From: Candidatus Micrarchaeota archaeon
GTDB taxonomy: Archaea > Micrarchaeota > Micrarchaeia > Anstonellales > Bilamarchaeaceae
Reading direction: 5' to 3'
NCBI GenBank assembly: GCA_043812915.1
Contig: JBDRLQ010000016.1
Location: 1-64,000, forward strand
Length of the DNA stretch: 64,000 bases
The notes beneath the pieces were generated by a model. The model had not been told where the DNA came from. It was given only the letters and a program-made list of their open reading frames with translations, and did not search any database. Positions within the stretch are counted from its first letter, which is position 1. Every line of letters begins with the position of its first letter. Shown in pieces: positions 10,101-18,942 of the stretch. The translations under genes and the position numbers were made by a program.

Positions 10101-13100
10101 ACTCCGGCTCCGGGCTCTTCCTCGACTCCAGCTCCAATTTCTACACTCTTGAGGACAGCAGGGCATATGGCAATTCCCAGCACGGCTTCCAGATAGAGTC
10201 GAACATGATAGGCAGCGCCAATCGCAATCTGGCATATGGCAACTCGCTTGCCGGATTCTACCTCGGCCCAAGCTCGGCTTCGCATACGCTCTCCAACAAC
10301 TCCGCACATTCCAACCAGGATGGCTTCGTGGTCAATTCCTCCTCAGGCAACACATTTGTCGGCAGCCAGAGCTACAACAACTCGCGCTATGGCCTGCGGG
10401 TTCTCGGCTCGAGCAGCACGAATTTCACTAACACCCATGCTTATGGCAACCGGAACCTCTCCGTCCTCGTTTCCGAGCAGAGCGGCTCCCCAATGCCCGT
10501 TTATTTTTCGAATCTCAGCCTGGACAATCCTGCCGGGAATACGCAGAATTATACCTCGCTCGATATCATCGATACGGTGGAGGCCAACACCGCATATTCG
10601 CTCAACTGGACCTCCAACTCATCCGCCCTGCCCCCAAGCTCGTTAGCATTTGGCTGGAAATTCGTCAATATATCAGCGCAGAATGGAACGGTTTCGATAG
10701 ACTCCATTTCATGGAGATGGCTTGATTCTGAAATCGGCGGTTTCGATGAGGGCTCATTCAAGCTCTGGAAATACAACGCGAGCGGATGGGCGAGCCTGAA
10801 CGGCACCCCGGACACTGCAGTAAACCGCCTCAGCCTCTACTCGATGAACCCCTTGAGCGACTATGGGCTCCTCTCCAGCCTGACCCTCAACTTCACCAAC
10901 GTGAGCATATCGCCCGACCCCCAGGGTTTCGGGTTCAACGTGACGGTGAGGGTCAATGTGTCTAACGCCTCCAGCGTAATGGCAGGCATTACCGCCCCAT
11001 CATCCAGCGAGTCGAACTTCACAATGACCTTGCTCTCAGGATATCTGTACGAACTGAACTATTCGAACTGGCTGAATGGGACCTACTATCTGAGGTTCTA
11101 TGCCAATGACAGCACCGGCTCCTGGCACAACAGCTCGATTTACAACTTCAGCCTCTTCCAGAACCTGACTATCCAGATACGCACCCTAAAAGGAGGATAC
11201 ACGATTAATGAGAGCCTCAACATCACCGACCCGGAGCAGATAGATGATGAGAATCCGCACATAATGCGCGCGAGCTTCGGCAATTTCGATACTCCCATAA
11301 AAAACAAGGACATTGTCCCGATTTCGGTCGATGTTGCCGACCGGATTGGCGTTACGGAGGTTCTCGCGCTTGTTCCGACCAAGAAGGGCCTTAACAAGGT
11401 CCCCCTCTCCCTCTCCAGCGGCACGATGTTCAACGGGACATGGGTTGGGGAATGGGGGGCGCACAATGTCGCCGGCCACCACTTCATAATCCAGATTACT
11501 GCTAAGAACCGTTTGAACAAATCACACTACTCATATGTGAGCTTCGGCGACCCGCCCGGCCTGTGGGTCATACCGACAAACGACTCGGATCCGACCGGCC
11601 TGTGGACCAACCGACCGAACGCGCGGGATGGGGACACGCACACCTACGCCGATGACAACTCGAATCCCGGAAGTGGATGGGGCTCATTCATCACATTCAA
11701 CATAACCGGGATAGAGTCCGACAGGCTGCGTGTCTGGGCCGATTACGGGATACATGTCGGTTCCGTGGACATCGATGTATTCCTGAATGGCAGCTGGCAG
11801 AACGCCTATGAGGGGCCGATATCATCGCTCTCATGGTCCCAGATCAATTACAGCCAGGGTACGGTCACCGCGGGGCGCTTCAGGTACAACTACACTGTCG
11901 GCGGCTGGATATACTGGCTCTACGAGTTCCAGTTCTACAATGTCAGCACCCAGGTCAACCTGCCCGTCGTCTCGACACGCCCTGCAACCTCGGTGGAAGA
12001 GAACACCTCCGTGCTTCATTCCACAGTGCTCAGTGACGGCGGGGCAAGCTGCCAGGTCAGGTTCCTCTATGGAAACACCAGCGGCTCCTATACCCAGTCG
12101 ACCCCATGGATTTCGGAGCAATATACCGGGAGCCTGCTGGGCCAGAGGATATATGGCCTGCAGGATGGGACCAACTATTACTTCATCGCGCAACTCAACA
12201 ACAGCGCCGGGGCGACCAACGGCTCGGAGCAGTCGTTCACGACAGGCCCAGCGTCAATCGGCTGGGTCAGCGCGACAAACTACACGGATCCAAATGGGCA
12301 ATGGAGCAACGAGCTATACGCTTTCGACGACGAGCTTGGCAGCGAGACGAGCAGCTACCATGATGTAAACGACCCGGACGGAGTCTGGAGCTTCTATCTG
12401 TATCTGAACCGGTCGACCACACTCTCGGACAAGATTCGCTTCAATGCCAAGGCCACGGACGTGGATTTGGCGAACGTTGACGTGTTCGCGAATGGCAGCT
12501 GGTTGACAGTATATAACAATTCGTTCACCGACAGCACATGGACCGAGGTGACTTTCAACCAGTCCAATGTGAGTTCCGCGCGCATCCGCTTCCGGGCGGT
12601 CGCGAACAACAGGGGCTTCGAGTGGCGGCTTGCCGAATTCGATTTCTACAAGCAGATTTCTACTCCGACACAGAACCAGAGCAAGCTCGAGAACAACGGG
12701 CCAACGGACGCGTCTTGCTATCTCATAATGAAGACCCAGTTCTGGAATGGGACCGGGTGGGCAGATGATGATACTGTTTTCCTCGACAGCTCGCCAAGGG
12801 TACTGCTGCCATCCGAGATTCTCAAGCTGGACACGCTCTGGAATCCCATGAACTACTCGACAAACAGTCTGAGCTCCGGCGACGGCACATACCGTGTTTA
12901 CGCTGCCTGCCTAGACAACCTCAGCAACACGCTCCTTAACCTTAACGGCAGCTACGTTGTTAGCGCATACAACTTCACATTCGATGCATCGGCGCCTTTG
13001 GTCAACATCACAAGCCCCCAGAACAACAGCAACTACACGGTCTTCAGCTCGGTCCCGATAAGGGTCAACGTAACGGATTTCACCGGCGTAACCTCGGTTA

Positions 13101-15901
13101 CTGCGAACATATCGAACAGCATCGGCTATGAGACGCTCGCCCTGACCTATAATTCCACCTCAGGGCTTTGGGAAGGCTCCTACTCGAACACGAACTATGT
13201 GGATACCTACATGCTGCAGATAATCGCGGTAGATATGAACGGGGCCGTAAACGACACCGAGTCCGTGATATTCAACATAATCGATACCACCCCCCCGAAT
13301 GTGGTCCTCAATCTGCCGGAGGATAATTATACCAACAATTCAGCGGTCATCGCGACCGTCGTCTTCTCGTGCAACGCGACAGACGACTATGATGTCAAGA
13401 ACATAAGCCTGTACATCACCGGCCCGAACAACCTCTCCTACTCGCTCAACCAGACAAAGAACGTTTCTGGAGTCTCTACAAGGGCCAATTTCACGGTCTC
13501 TTTGGGGGAGGGATTGTACACCTGGAGCTGCCAGGCCTTTGATTCATCCGGGAACTATGACTGGGCCGATGAGAATAGGACGGTCATGATAATCCGGCCC
13601 TGCCTAATCAGCGGGACTGTAAAGGACGCCACCCAAGGCGTGGTATCATCGGACGTGGAATTGTATGATGCCAACTGGTCCCTGATAGGTTCCCAAACCG
13701 CGGTCTACAACTTCACGGTTGCCTGCAACCACAGCTATCAGTTCAAGGTGATGCCAGCAATCGGCAACTTCAGCTCCCTTATCATCAACAGCCTTTATGT
13801 GGGTCAGGACATATACGAAGTTGTTGACTTGGAGGATTCTCCTGAGAGCATGGACAGCCCGGACTGGCTCCTAGCCTGGAACGAGGCCATCTCATGGAGC
13901 CCGAACATGAGCCTCAATTTCACCAATGTGACAATCAATCTCACATACAGCGGCTCGAACCCGGCCTTCTACAAGTGCGCAAACTGGAACTACTCCATAA
14001 GGAACTGCACGGACGACAACTGGACTTATGTAACTGATTTGCCCCCCGGCCTTGGCCAGCAGTATATCACCAACTTCACAAAGGCTGACCCTGGAGCCGG
14101 AATTGGCAACAAGCCGAATGTCACTGCCTGGCTTGTCGTATACAATGTCACGGGGCTCAACGAGACCCAGAGGCGGGACAATGGCACGCTGGTCGGGACC
14201 TTCTTCAACCTGTCCACTGTGAACTTCACCTACGGGCTCTCTTATCGGATAGAGGTATTCCTGGACAACTCGGATCCTGACACCAACGGCATAATCCGGG
14301 ACCCTTACCACGACAACATACCCGAGGAGCTGGTCGTCGACTTATCCGGGGCCGATGCCCCCAATGTTTCCGTTGTTGCCGGAACTGCCATCCTCAATCC
14401 GTTTACTGCAGTATATATGGCGGGCACCGACCCGGGAACAAGAAGGCTGACCTGGGACGCTGATCCGCCGGGCAAGCTCATTGAGAATCTGACCAACGTG
14501 GACCTGGTCAAGCTCTGGTATGTGGTGGATTTCAACATCAGCCAGAACAGCCTTGATAACACTACCTTCTTCGGGGATGTCCAGGGCACAAATGACAATG
14601 TTCACCTGCTCAACTTCTTCAACACCAGCGGCTCAGCAAGCAACTGCATAGTGATTACCTCTCCAGGGACATATACACTTTCAGGAGATGCTATGGGCGC
14701 TCCGAACAACGCTTCCGAAGTGGGCGGGTCAAATGCCACTGCCTGCATCAAGATTGCCTCAAGCGATGTTGTATTCGATTGCGGAGGCTTCGACATAAGC
14801 TATGACGGCTCAGAAGCGGGCCCGGTTTACGGCATCCTGCTGAACGGCTCCACAACGAACGTGACTGTCAGAGACTGCCCATCCGTATCCAGCTATGACT
14901 ATGGATATTACCTGCTCAACTCGAACAGCAGCCTGGTCGAAGGGGTCGGGGTCAGCAACAGCACCTACGGCTTCACACTCGTCTCCTGCTCCAGCCTGAC
15001 GATTGCCAACAGCACCTCTTTCGGCAATGATGAGGGCTTCAGGATAGATTCCTGCTCGAACAATACGCTCACCAACAACAGCGCCTATGACAACGGCATA
15101 TTCGGATTCCATATCCTCAATTCCAGTGGAAACAACCTCACCTCCAACAACGCTACAAACAACACCTTCGGGGGCATATACCTGAATTCGAGCAATTCAA
15201 GCCTCCTGCTCTCGAACTATGTGTGCTTCAATGACCAGAACGATCTGAACAATTCCGGCTCCGGCAACAGCGGGAATCTGGACCTCTGCGATTTCTCCGC
15301 CTCCTGGGCCGAGTTCGGCCATGAGGGATGCGAATATACCTGCTCGAATGCCTGGCAGAGATTCTATGGGAACATTAGCGGAAACGTACTGCTAGCCCCG
15401 AACAATGTGGACATCTTCTACAAATGGCTCTGGGACGGGCGCAACGGCAAGGTATACGCTGTCAACAGCGACGCCACAATCAGCTGGATGAACCTCACCG
15501 CCCTGGGGAGGAACACCACGGATGAGAATTCCACATCCGACTTCACAGAGCTGGACCTCCTGCTCAACATGACAGCTGAGAGGGACAGCATAGACGCCCT
15601 CTACAGCATTGATGGCAGCAACCCGATTGAGACAAAGAACATCACTCTCTGGGACCGGATTGTCCCATGGATACCTGAGAGCAACTCCTCAAGCGTAACC
15701 TATTCCCAGACAGGGATAGTGTGGGATGCCTCCCAGGACGGGGGCTCTGGCCAGTTCGACCCCACTGAGAATGAGGATGTGGCCTTTGTCACCGAGGTCA
15801 ATTCCAGCATGGCCTACGACTATGACATCAGGGTCCCGGCCAACCTCTCAACCTACAAGGGAGCGAGCGGTCGTGTCAGTTTCTGGGTTGAGCTGGAATA
15901 A
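7145..15901 (+). CDS. Giant secreted glycoprotein/adhesin (2918 aa) with beta-helix (NosD/PbH1-like) repeats, Ig/Fn3-like domains and a C-terminal shared fibre domain
   Basis: Signal peptide; many N-x-S/T sequons; parallel beta-helix repeats; internal duplications; no C-terminal TM; ends VSFWVELE. Confidence 0.85.
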   Translation: MMSRILSLLALFVLLSHCLHASDAFMAYSSNTGACAGNLLNCPKIKLWNSSAAGGAGSWGSEVELATAGSPVIYVSAKWSPISDKKIIISQSEDGYLDAYVCMSNCGSSSSWTVTNNIGQIWFGATPTPLSRRVDVDFESSTGNAVVVYGVYSAVVTQDLAYKVLPANASSFSGITEQYINDGGHATNIQYSWVRMDRKPTAGSELIVTGFDSTDNDINSWVWDGASWGNQISISDASTATGGYEALAVRYAQDGSKGMSVGGTGTAGTVNTRYWNGSAWSAIIAFDIDPGDTLDARWINLKADPATDDLQMVIMDSGSDLHTSYWNGAAWAVTSNIDTGLDRNTERCADFEWSSAGSSGRLVWDTDGAGGRLSQRACSPQCTGGTSTTSTYVGRGRWITMYRNPAASQLVKILSARLNANIDIGSFFFDGTAYTNYGDSSITANTYSTATESYAVSFEPRSTCMVLRYPGNYSLHSDIAGAPLGTAVLTGSSTACVIISSSDVSLDCQGYLINSSNELGTTFGILVNKSQSNISIRNCRVTNYTYGFYIHDSNYTFLQNNTAFGNSNGFAIGNSSSTLNNITNCTAYSNGVGVNVSNSNLTLIRQASLFANTLDLYLASSLPAPASNIFNSSGLMFLNPAGTLLNYTNISVYDSLLTGERYSFKWTSNSSALPASHSSFRQKFINISSLGISSSITTITWHYLDSETSGYDERTFELWKYNSSGWSLLNSSPDTPGNRFTISGLNPTSDFGILENDGCRIISSPGSYQLNSSLSGAPIPASEVTDISWACMKIASSNVDFNCNGYSISNNGTGPAAGIVINGSTTVDYTNVTVRNCPSISGYYVGAYVYLSRLDTIRNVSSNNNTLADFYFYGSYYCALDNSTANGSSNYGYYVRDSYYTNLSNSAASFNSLGFYISTSQITNVTGSRAFNNSGNGFYFWAALDSDVPNIWSYLYNSSSYWNGGYGVRLTYASLATLRNMTANNNSGSGLFLDSSSNFYTLEDSRAYGNSQHGFQIESNMIGSANRNLAYGNSLAGFYLGPSSASHTLSNNSAHSNQDGFVVNSSSGNTFVGSQSYNNSRYGLRVLGSSSTNFTNTHAYGNRNLSVLVSEQSGSPMPVYFSNLSLDNPAGNTQNYTSLDIIDTVEANTAYSLNWTSNSSALPPSSLAFGWKFVNISAQNGTVSIDSISWRWLDSEIGGFDEGSFKLWKYNASGWASLNGTPDTAVNRLSLYSMNPLSDYGLLSSLTLNFTNVSISPDPQGFGFNVTVRVNVSNASSVMAGITAPSSSESNFTMTLLSGYLYELNYSNWLNGTYYLRFYANDSTGSWHNSSIYNFSLFQNLTIQIRTLKGGYTINESLNITDPEQIDDENPHIMRASFGNFDTPIKNKDIVPISVDVADRIGVTEVLALVPTKKGLNKVPLSLSSGTMFNGTWVGEWGAHNVAGHHFIIQITAKNRLNKSHYSYVSFGDPPGLWVIPTNDSDPTGLWTNRPNARDGDTHTYADDNSNPGSGWGSFITFNITGIESDRLRVWADYGIHVGSVDIDVFLNGSWQNAYEGPISSLSWSQINYSQGTVTAGRFRYNYTVGGWIYWLYEFQFYNVSTQVNLPVVSTRPATSVEENTSVLHSTVLSDGGASCQVRFLYGNTSGSYTQSTPWISEQYTGSLLGQRIYGLQDGTNYYFIAQLNNSAGATNGSEQSFTTGPASIGWVSATNYTDPNGQWSNELYAFDDELGSETSSYHDVNDPDGVWSFYLYLNRSTTLSDKIRFNAKATDVDLANVDVFANGSWLTVYNNSFTDSTWTEVTFNQSNVSSARIRFRAVANNRGFEWRLAEFDFYKQISTPTQNQSKLENNGPTDASCYLIMKTQFWNGTGWADDDTVFLDSSPRVLLPSEILKLDTLWNPMNYSTNSLSSGDGTYRVYAACLDNLSNTLLNLNGSYVVSAYNFTFDASAPLVNITSPQNNSNYTVFSSVPIRVNVTDFTGVTSVTANISNSIGYETLALTYNSTSGLWEGSYSNTNYVDTYMLQIIAVDMNGAVNDTESVIFNIIDTTPPNVVLNLPEDNYTNNSAVIATVVFSCNATDDYDVKNISLYITGPNNLSYSLNQTKNVSGVSTRANFTVSLGEGLYTWSCQAFDSSGNYDWADENRTVMIIRPCLISGTVKDATQGVVSSDVELYDANWSLIGSQTAVYNFTVACNHSYQFKVMPAIGNFSSLIINSLYVGQDIYEVVDLEDSPESMDSPDWLLAWNEAISWSPNMSLNFTNVTINLTYSGSNPAFYKCANWNYSIRNCTDDNWTYVTDLPPGLGQQYITNFTKADPGAGIGNKPNVTAWLVVYNVTGLNETQRRDNGTLVGTFFNLSTVNFTYGLSYRIEVFLDNSDPDTNGIIRDPYHDNIPEELVVDLSGADAPNVSVVAGTAILNPFTAVYMAGTDPGTRRLTWDADPPGKLIENLTNVDLVKLWYVVDFNISQNSLDNTTFFGDVQGTNDNVHLLNFFNTSGSASNCIVITSPGTYTLSGDAMGAPNNASEVGGSNATACIKIASSDVVFDCGGFDISYDGSEAGPVYGILLNGSTTNVTVRDCPSVSSYDYGYYLLNSNSSLVEGVGVSNSTYGFTLVSCSSLTIANSTSFGNDEGFRIDSCSNNTLTNNSAYDNGIFGFHILNSSGNNLTSNNATNNTFGGIYLNSSNSSLLLSNYVCFNDQNDLNNSGSGNSGNLDLCDFSASWAEFGHEGCEYTCSNAWQRFYGNISGNVLLAPNNVDIFYKWLWDGRNGKVYAVNSDATISWMNLTALGRNTTDENSTSDFTELDLLLNMTAERDSIDALYSIDGSNPIETKNITLWDRIVPWIPESNSSSVTYSQTGIVWDASQDGGSGQFDPTENEDVAFVTEVNSSMAYDYDIRVPANLSTYKGASGRVSFWVELE

Positions 15902-15970
15902 TCAGCTCCCGTCAGCTCTAAAAATTCTTTCTTCTATAGATATCGATAATCATAATTCTACGGTGGAGAG

Positions 15971-18871
15971 ATGGAACGCAGATTAGAAGTAGCTTCCAGA
16001 GAGAATGTAAAAGACGTGCCAGGGGACCAGCTAAAGGGCAGGGTTAAGGATGAATTGGGCCTTGAGCTGAAATCCTGCCGTTTCCTCGAAGTGTACACTT
16101 TCGGTAATGCCCTCCCGCCAGAGCAGATGGAGGCTCTGGGGGCGGACGTTTTCACAGACAGCATCGCCCAGCAGTTCTCGTTCAGGGAACCCATGTTCAG
16201 GAACACCTGGAGGATAGAAATCGGGATGCTGCCCGGAGTGACGGACAACATCGGAAAGAGCGCCAGGGAGGCAGTTAAGGACAAGCTGGGGGAAAATCAG
16301 GATGTCTATTACTCAAGGGTGTATGCCATTGATGACGATTCACTCTCCAAGGAGGACTGCGACCGGATAGCGGCCCTGCTCCATAATCCGCTGGTTGAGA
16401 AGTACCTGCTGCACAGGCCGGGGGACGTGCCCCCGCCATATGCCCCGAAGGTGGTGCTGAGGCACGAGCCGCAGGTCGAGAAAATCAGCCTGCACATGAG
16501 CGAGGCCAGGTGGGAGGAGCTGGTCAAAAAAAGGCTGCTCGCGCTCAATCTGGAGGAATTCAAGGCGATAAAGCGCTATTTCAAGAAGGACAAGGTCATC
16601 GAGGACCGCAGGAAGGTTGGCCTTGACACTAGGGTGACTGATGTTGAACTGGAGGCAATCGCCCAGACCTGGAGCGAGCACTGCAAGCACAAGATATTCA
16701 ATGCCCAGATAAGCTACCGGGAGGGGGAGGAGAGGCATGCAATCAATTCCATTTACCAGACCTTCATCAAAGGCGCCACCGAGCAGATAAAGAAGCCCTA
16801 TGTGGTGAGCGTCTTCAAGGACAACGGCGGAATAATAAAATTCAATCCTGATTATGATATCGCGGTGAAGGTAGAGACCCATAATGCCCCCTCTGCCCTT
16901 GACCCGTACGGGGGCGCGCTCACAGGGGTTCTTGGGGTGCAGAGGGACATCATGGGGACAGGCCTTGGTGCGAATCCTATCGCCAACCTGGATGTGCTCT
17001 GCTTCGGGCCGCAGGATGCAGAGGATGTCCCTAACGGGGTGCTCCATCCGAGAGTGATATACGATGGTGTTACTCGCGGCGTAGAGCATGGTGGCAACAA
17101 GATGGGGATTCCCACCGTGAACGGCTCCATAGTGTTCGAGAAAGGGTATACCTGCCGGCCGCTCGTTTATTGCGGGACCATCGGCATAATGCCTTCGGAG
17201 ATTGGAGGCAGGCGCACATGCGAGAAGCGGATTGCTTCAGGCGCGCTGATAGTTGTGGTCGGAGGAAGAATCGGAAAGGACGGAATCCACGGTGCCACAT
17301 TCTCTTCACAGCAGCTGGATGAGCACACTCCCCAGAGCGTGGTGCAGATCGGGGATCCAATCACCCAGAAGAAGGTGCTTGATTTCCTGATGGAAGCGCG
17401 GGACAAGCTCCTGTATGACGCGGTAACGGACAATGGCGCGGGGGGCATCTCAAGCAGCATCGGCGAGCTTGCCCAGTTCTCAGGAGGCTGCGAGGTTTAT
17501 CTTGACAAATGCCCGCTCAAATATCCCGGGCTTGACCCATGGGAGATCCTGGTTTCCGAGTCCCAGGAGCGCATGACACTTGCCGTTCCACCTGAGAATC
17601 TTTCGGAAGTGGAGAATCTGGCCAGGAAGCACGATGTCGAGCTGAGCGTGGTCGGGAAGTTCACTGGAATCAAGCGCTTCCATATTAAGTACAAGGATGA
17701 GACTGTCGCCTACCTTGAGATGAAGTTCCTGCATGAGGGCTATCCTCAGATGAGGCTCACCGCTTCATGGAAGAAGCTGCATTTCCCGGAGCCTGCCCTT
17801 GGCGAGGCGCGGCCCGGAAAGGTGCTGAAAAAACTCCTCGCAAGCGGCAACATAACTGTCAAGGACGATGTAATCACCCGCTATGACCATGAGGTCAAGG
17901 GCCAGAGCATAATCAAGCCGATAATGCGAAGCCCCTGTGATGCGGGGGTAATCCGGCCCATATATGATTCCCCGGAAGGCCTCGCCATTTCGCACGGCCT
18001 CTGCCCGCGCGTTGTCCAGGATGGCTACGCGATGGCCTGCCTCTCGTTCGACGAGGCTGTCAGGAACGCAATTGCGGTCGGAGCGAGGTTCGGCTACATG
18101 GCATGCCTCGACAACTTCTCATGGCCCGACCCGATAAAGTCCGACAAGACCCCCGATGGCGAGCACAAGCTCGGCCAGCTGGTCCGCGCGTGCCTTGGCC
18201 TGTATGACTGCGCGACGTCCTACGGAATCCCGATTATCTCGGGCAAGGACTCAATGAAGAACGATTATTACTCGAAAGAAGGAAAGCATTCCATACCACC
18301 CACCCTGCTGGTCACCATGGTCGGCAAGGTGGATGACGTCGGAAAATGCGTAAGCTCCGACTTCAAGAAGATCGGGGATGTCATCTATGTCCTTGGGATA
18401 ACCAGGGATGAGCTTGGCGGGAGCGAGTACTTCAAGCTCTTTGGGGGGGTGGGCAACAGCCCGCCCCAGCTCCGCCCGGATGAGCACATAGCCACCTACA
18501 AGGCAATCTCCGAGGCGATTCAGGAGGGCATCGTCAGTTCTGTCCATGATGCTTCTGATGGAGGGATCGCTGTCGCGTTCACCGAATGCGCAATTGGCTC
18601 CTCCCTTGGGGCCGACCTCGACCTTTCGCTGATGCCCAATGAGACAGAAAAGGAGGACGCGCTGCTCTTCTCAGAGAGCCCGGGCAGGTTCGTTGTCAGC
18701 GTCCCATTCGAGCGGGCGGAGAAGTTCGAGTACATAATGAAGGGCACCCCGTTCGCCAAAGTGGGCAGGATAAGGGGGGACCACAGGATAATCTTCCGCT
18801 ATGGCGACCGGATAGTCGTCAATGAGGATGTCACCGAGCTGAAAGAGGCCTATTTCAAGGGAGTTCGCTGA
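15971..18871 (+). CDS. purL: Phosphoribosylformylglycinamidine synthase subunit L with N-terminal PurS-like extension
   Basis: AQTWSEHCKHKIF, KVETHNAPSALDPYGGA, DGIHGATFSS, VSESQERM, ISGKDSM, LFSESPGRF. Confidence 0.95.
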   Translation: MERRLEVASRENVKDVPGDQLKGRVKDELGLELKSCRFLEVYTFGNALPPEQMEALGADVFTDSIAQQFSFREPMFRNTWRIEIGMLPGVTDNIGKSAREAVKDKLGENQDVYYSRVYAIDDDSLSKEDCDRIAALLHNPLVEKYLLHRPGDVPPPYAPKVVLRHEPQVEKISLHMSEARWEELVKKRLLALNLEEFKAIKRYFKKDKVIEDRRKVGLDTRVTDVELEAIAQTWSEHCKHKIFNAQISYREGEERHAINSIYQTFIKGATEQIKKPYVVSVFKDNGGIIKFNPDYDIAVKVETHNAPSALDPYGGALTGVLGVQRDIMGTGLGANPIANLDVLCFGPQDAEDVPNGVLHPRVIYDGVTRGVEHGGNKMGIPTVNGSIVFEKGYTCRPLVYCGTIGIMPSEIGGRRTCEKRIASGALIVVVGGRIGKDGIHGATFSSQQLDEHTPQSVVQIGDPITQKKVLDFLMEARDKLLYDAVTDNGAGGISSSIGELAQFSGGCEVYLDKCPLKYPGLDPWEILVSESQERMTLAVPPENLSEVENLARKHDVELSVVGKFTGIKRFHIKYKDETVAYLEMKFLHEGYPQMRLTASWKKLHFPEPALGEARPGKVLKKLLASGNITVKDDVITRYDHEVKGQSIIKPIMRSPCDAGVIRPIYDSPEGLAISHGLCPRVVQDGYAMACLSFDEAVRNAIAVGARFGYMACLDNFSWPDPIKSDKTPDGEHKLGQLVRACLGLYDCATSYGIPIISGKDSMKNDYYSKEGKHSIPPTLLVTMVGKVDDVGKCVSSDFKKIGDVIYVLGITRDELGGSEYFKLFGGVGNSPPQLRPDEHIATYKAISEAIQEGIVSSVHDASDGGIAVAFTECAIGSSLGADLDLSLMPNETEKEDALLFSESPGRFVVSVPFERAEKFEYIMKGTPFAKVGRIRGDHRIIFRYGDRIVVNEDVTELKEAYFKGVR

Positions 18872-18942
18872 GTTCATTTTCACTTTTTCCGCCAGCGGCA
18901 GGAACCGTTGAAATTTAAAGTCTTAAGCTCTAATCTCCTCTC

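Noticed and set aside
7195..15986. Numerous short alternative-frame ORFs within the large genes (and similarly across the window)
   Set aside because: Fully nested in well-supported CDSs with no motifs; expected at this GC content
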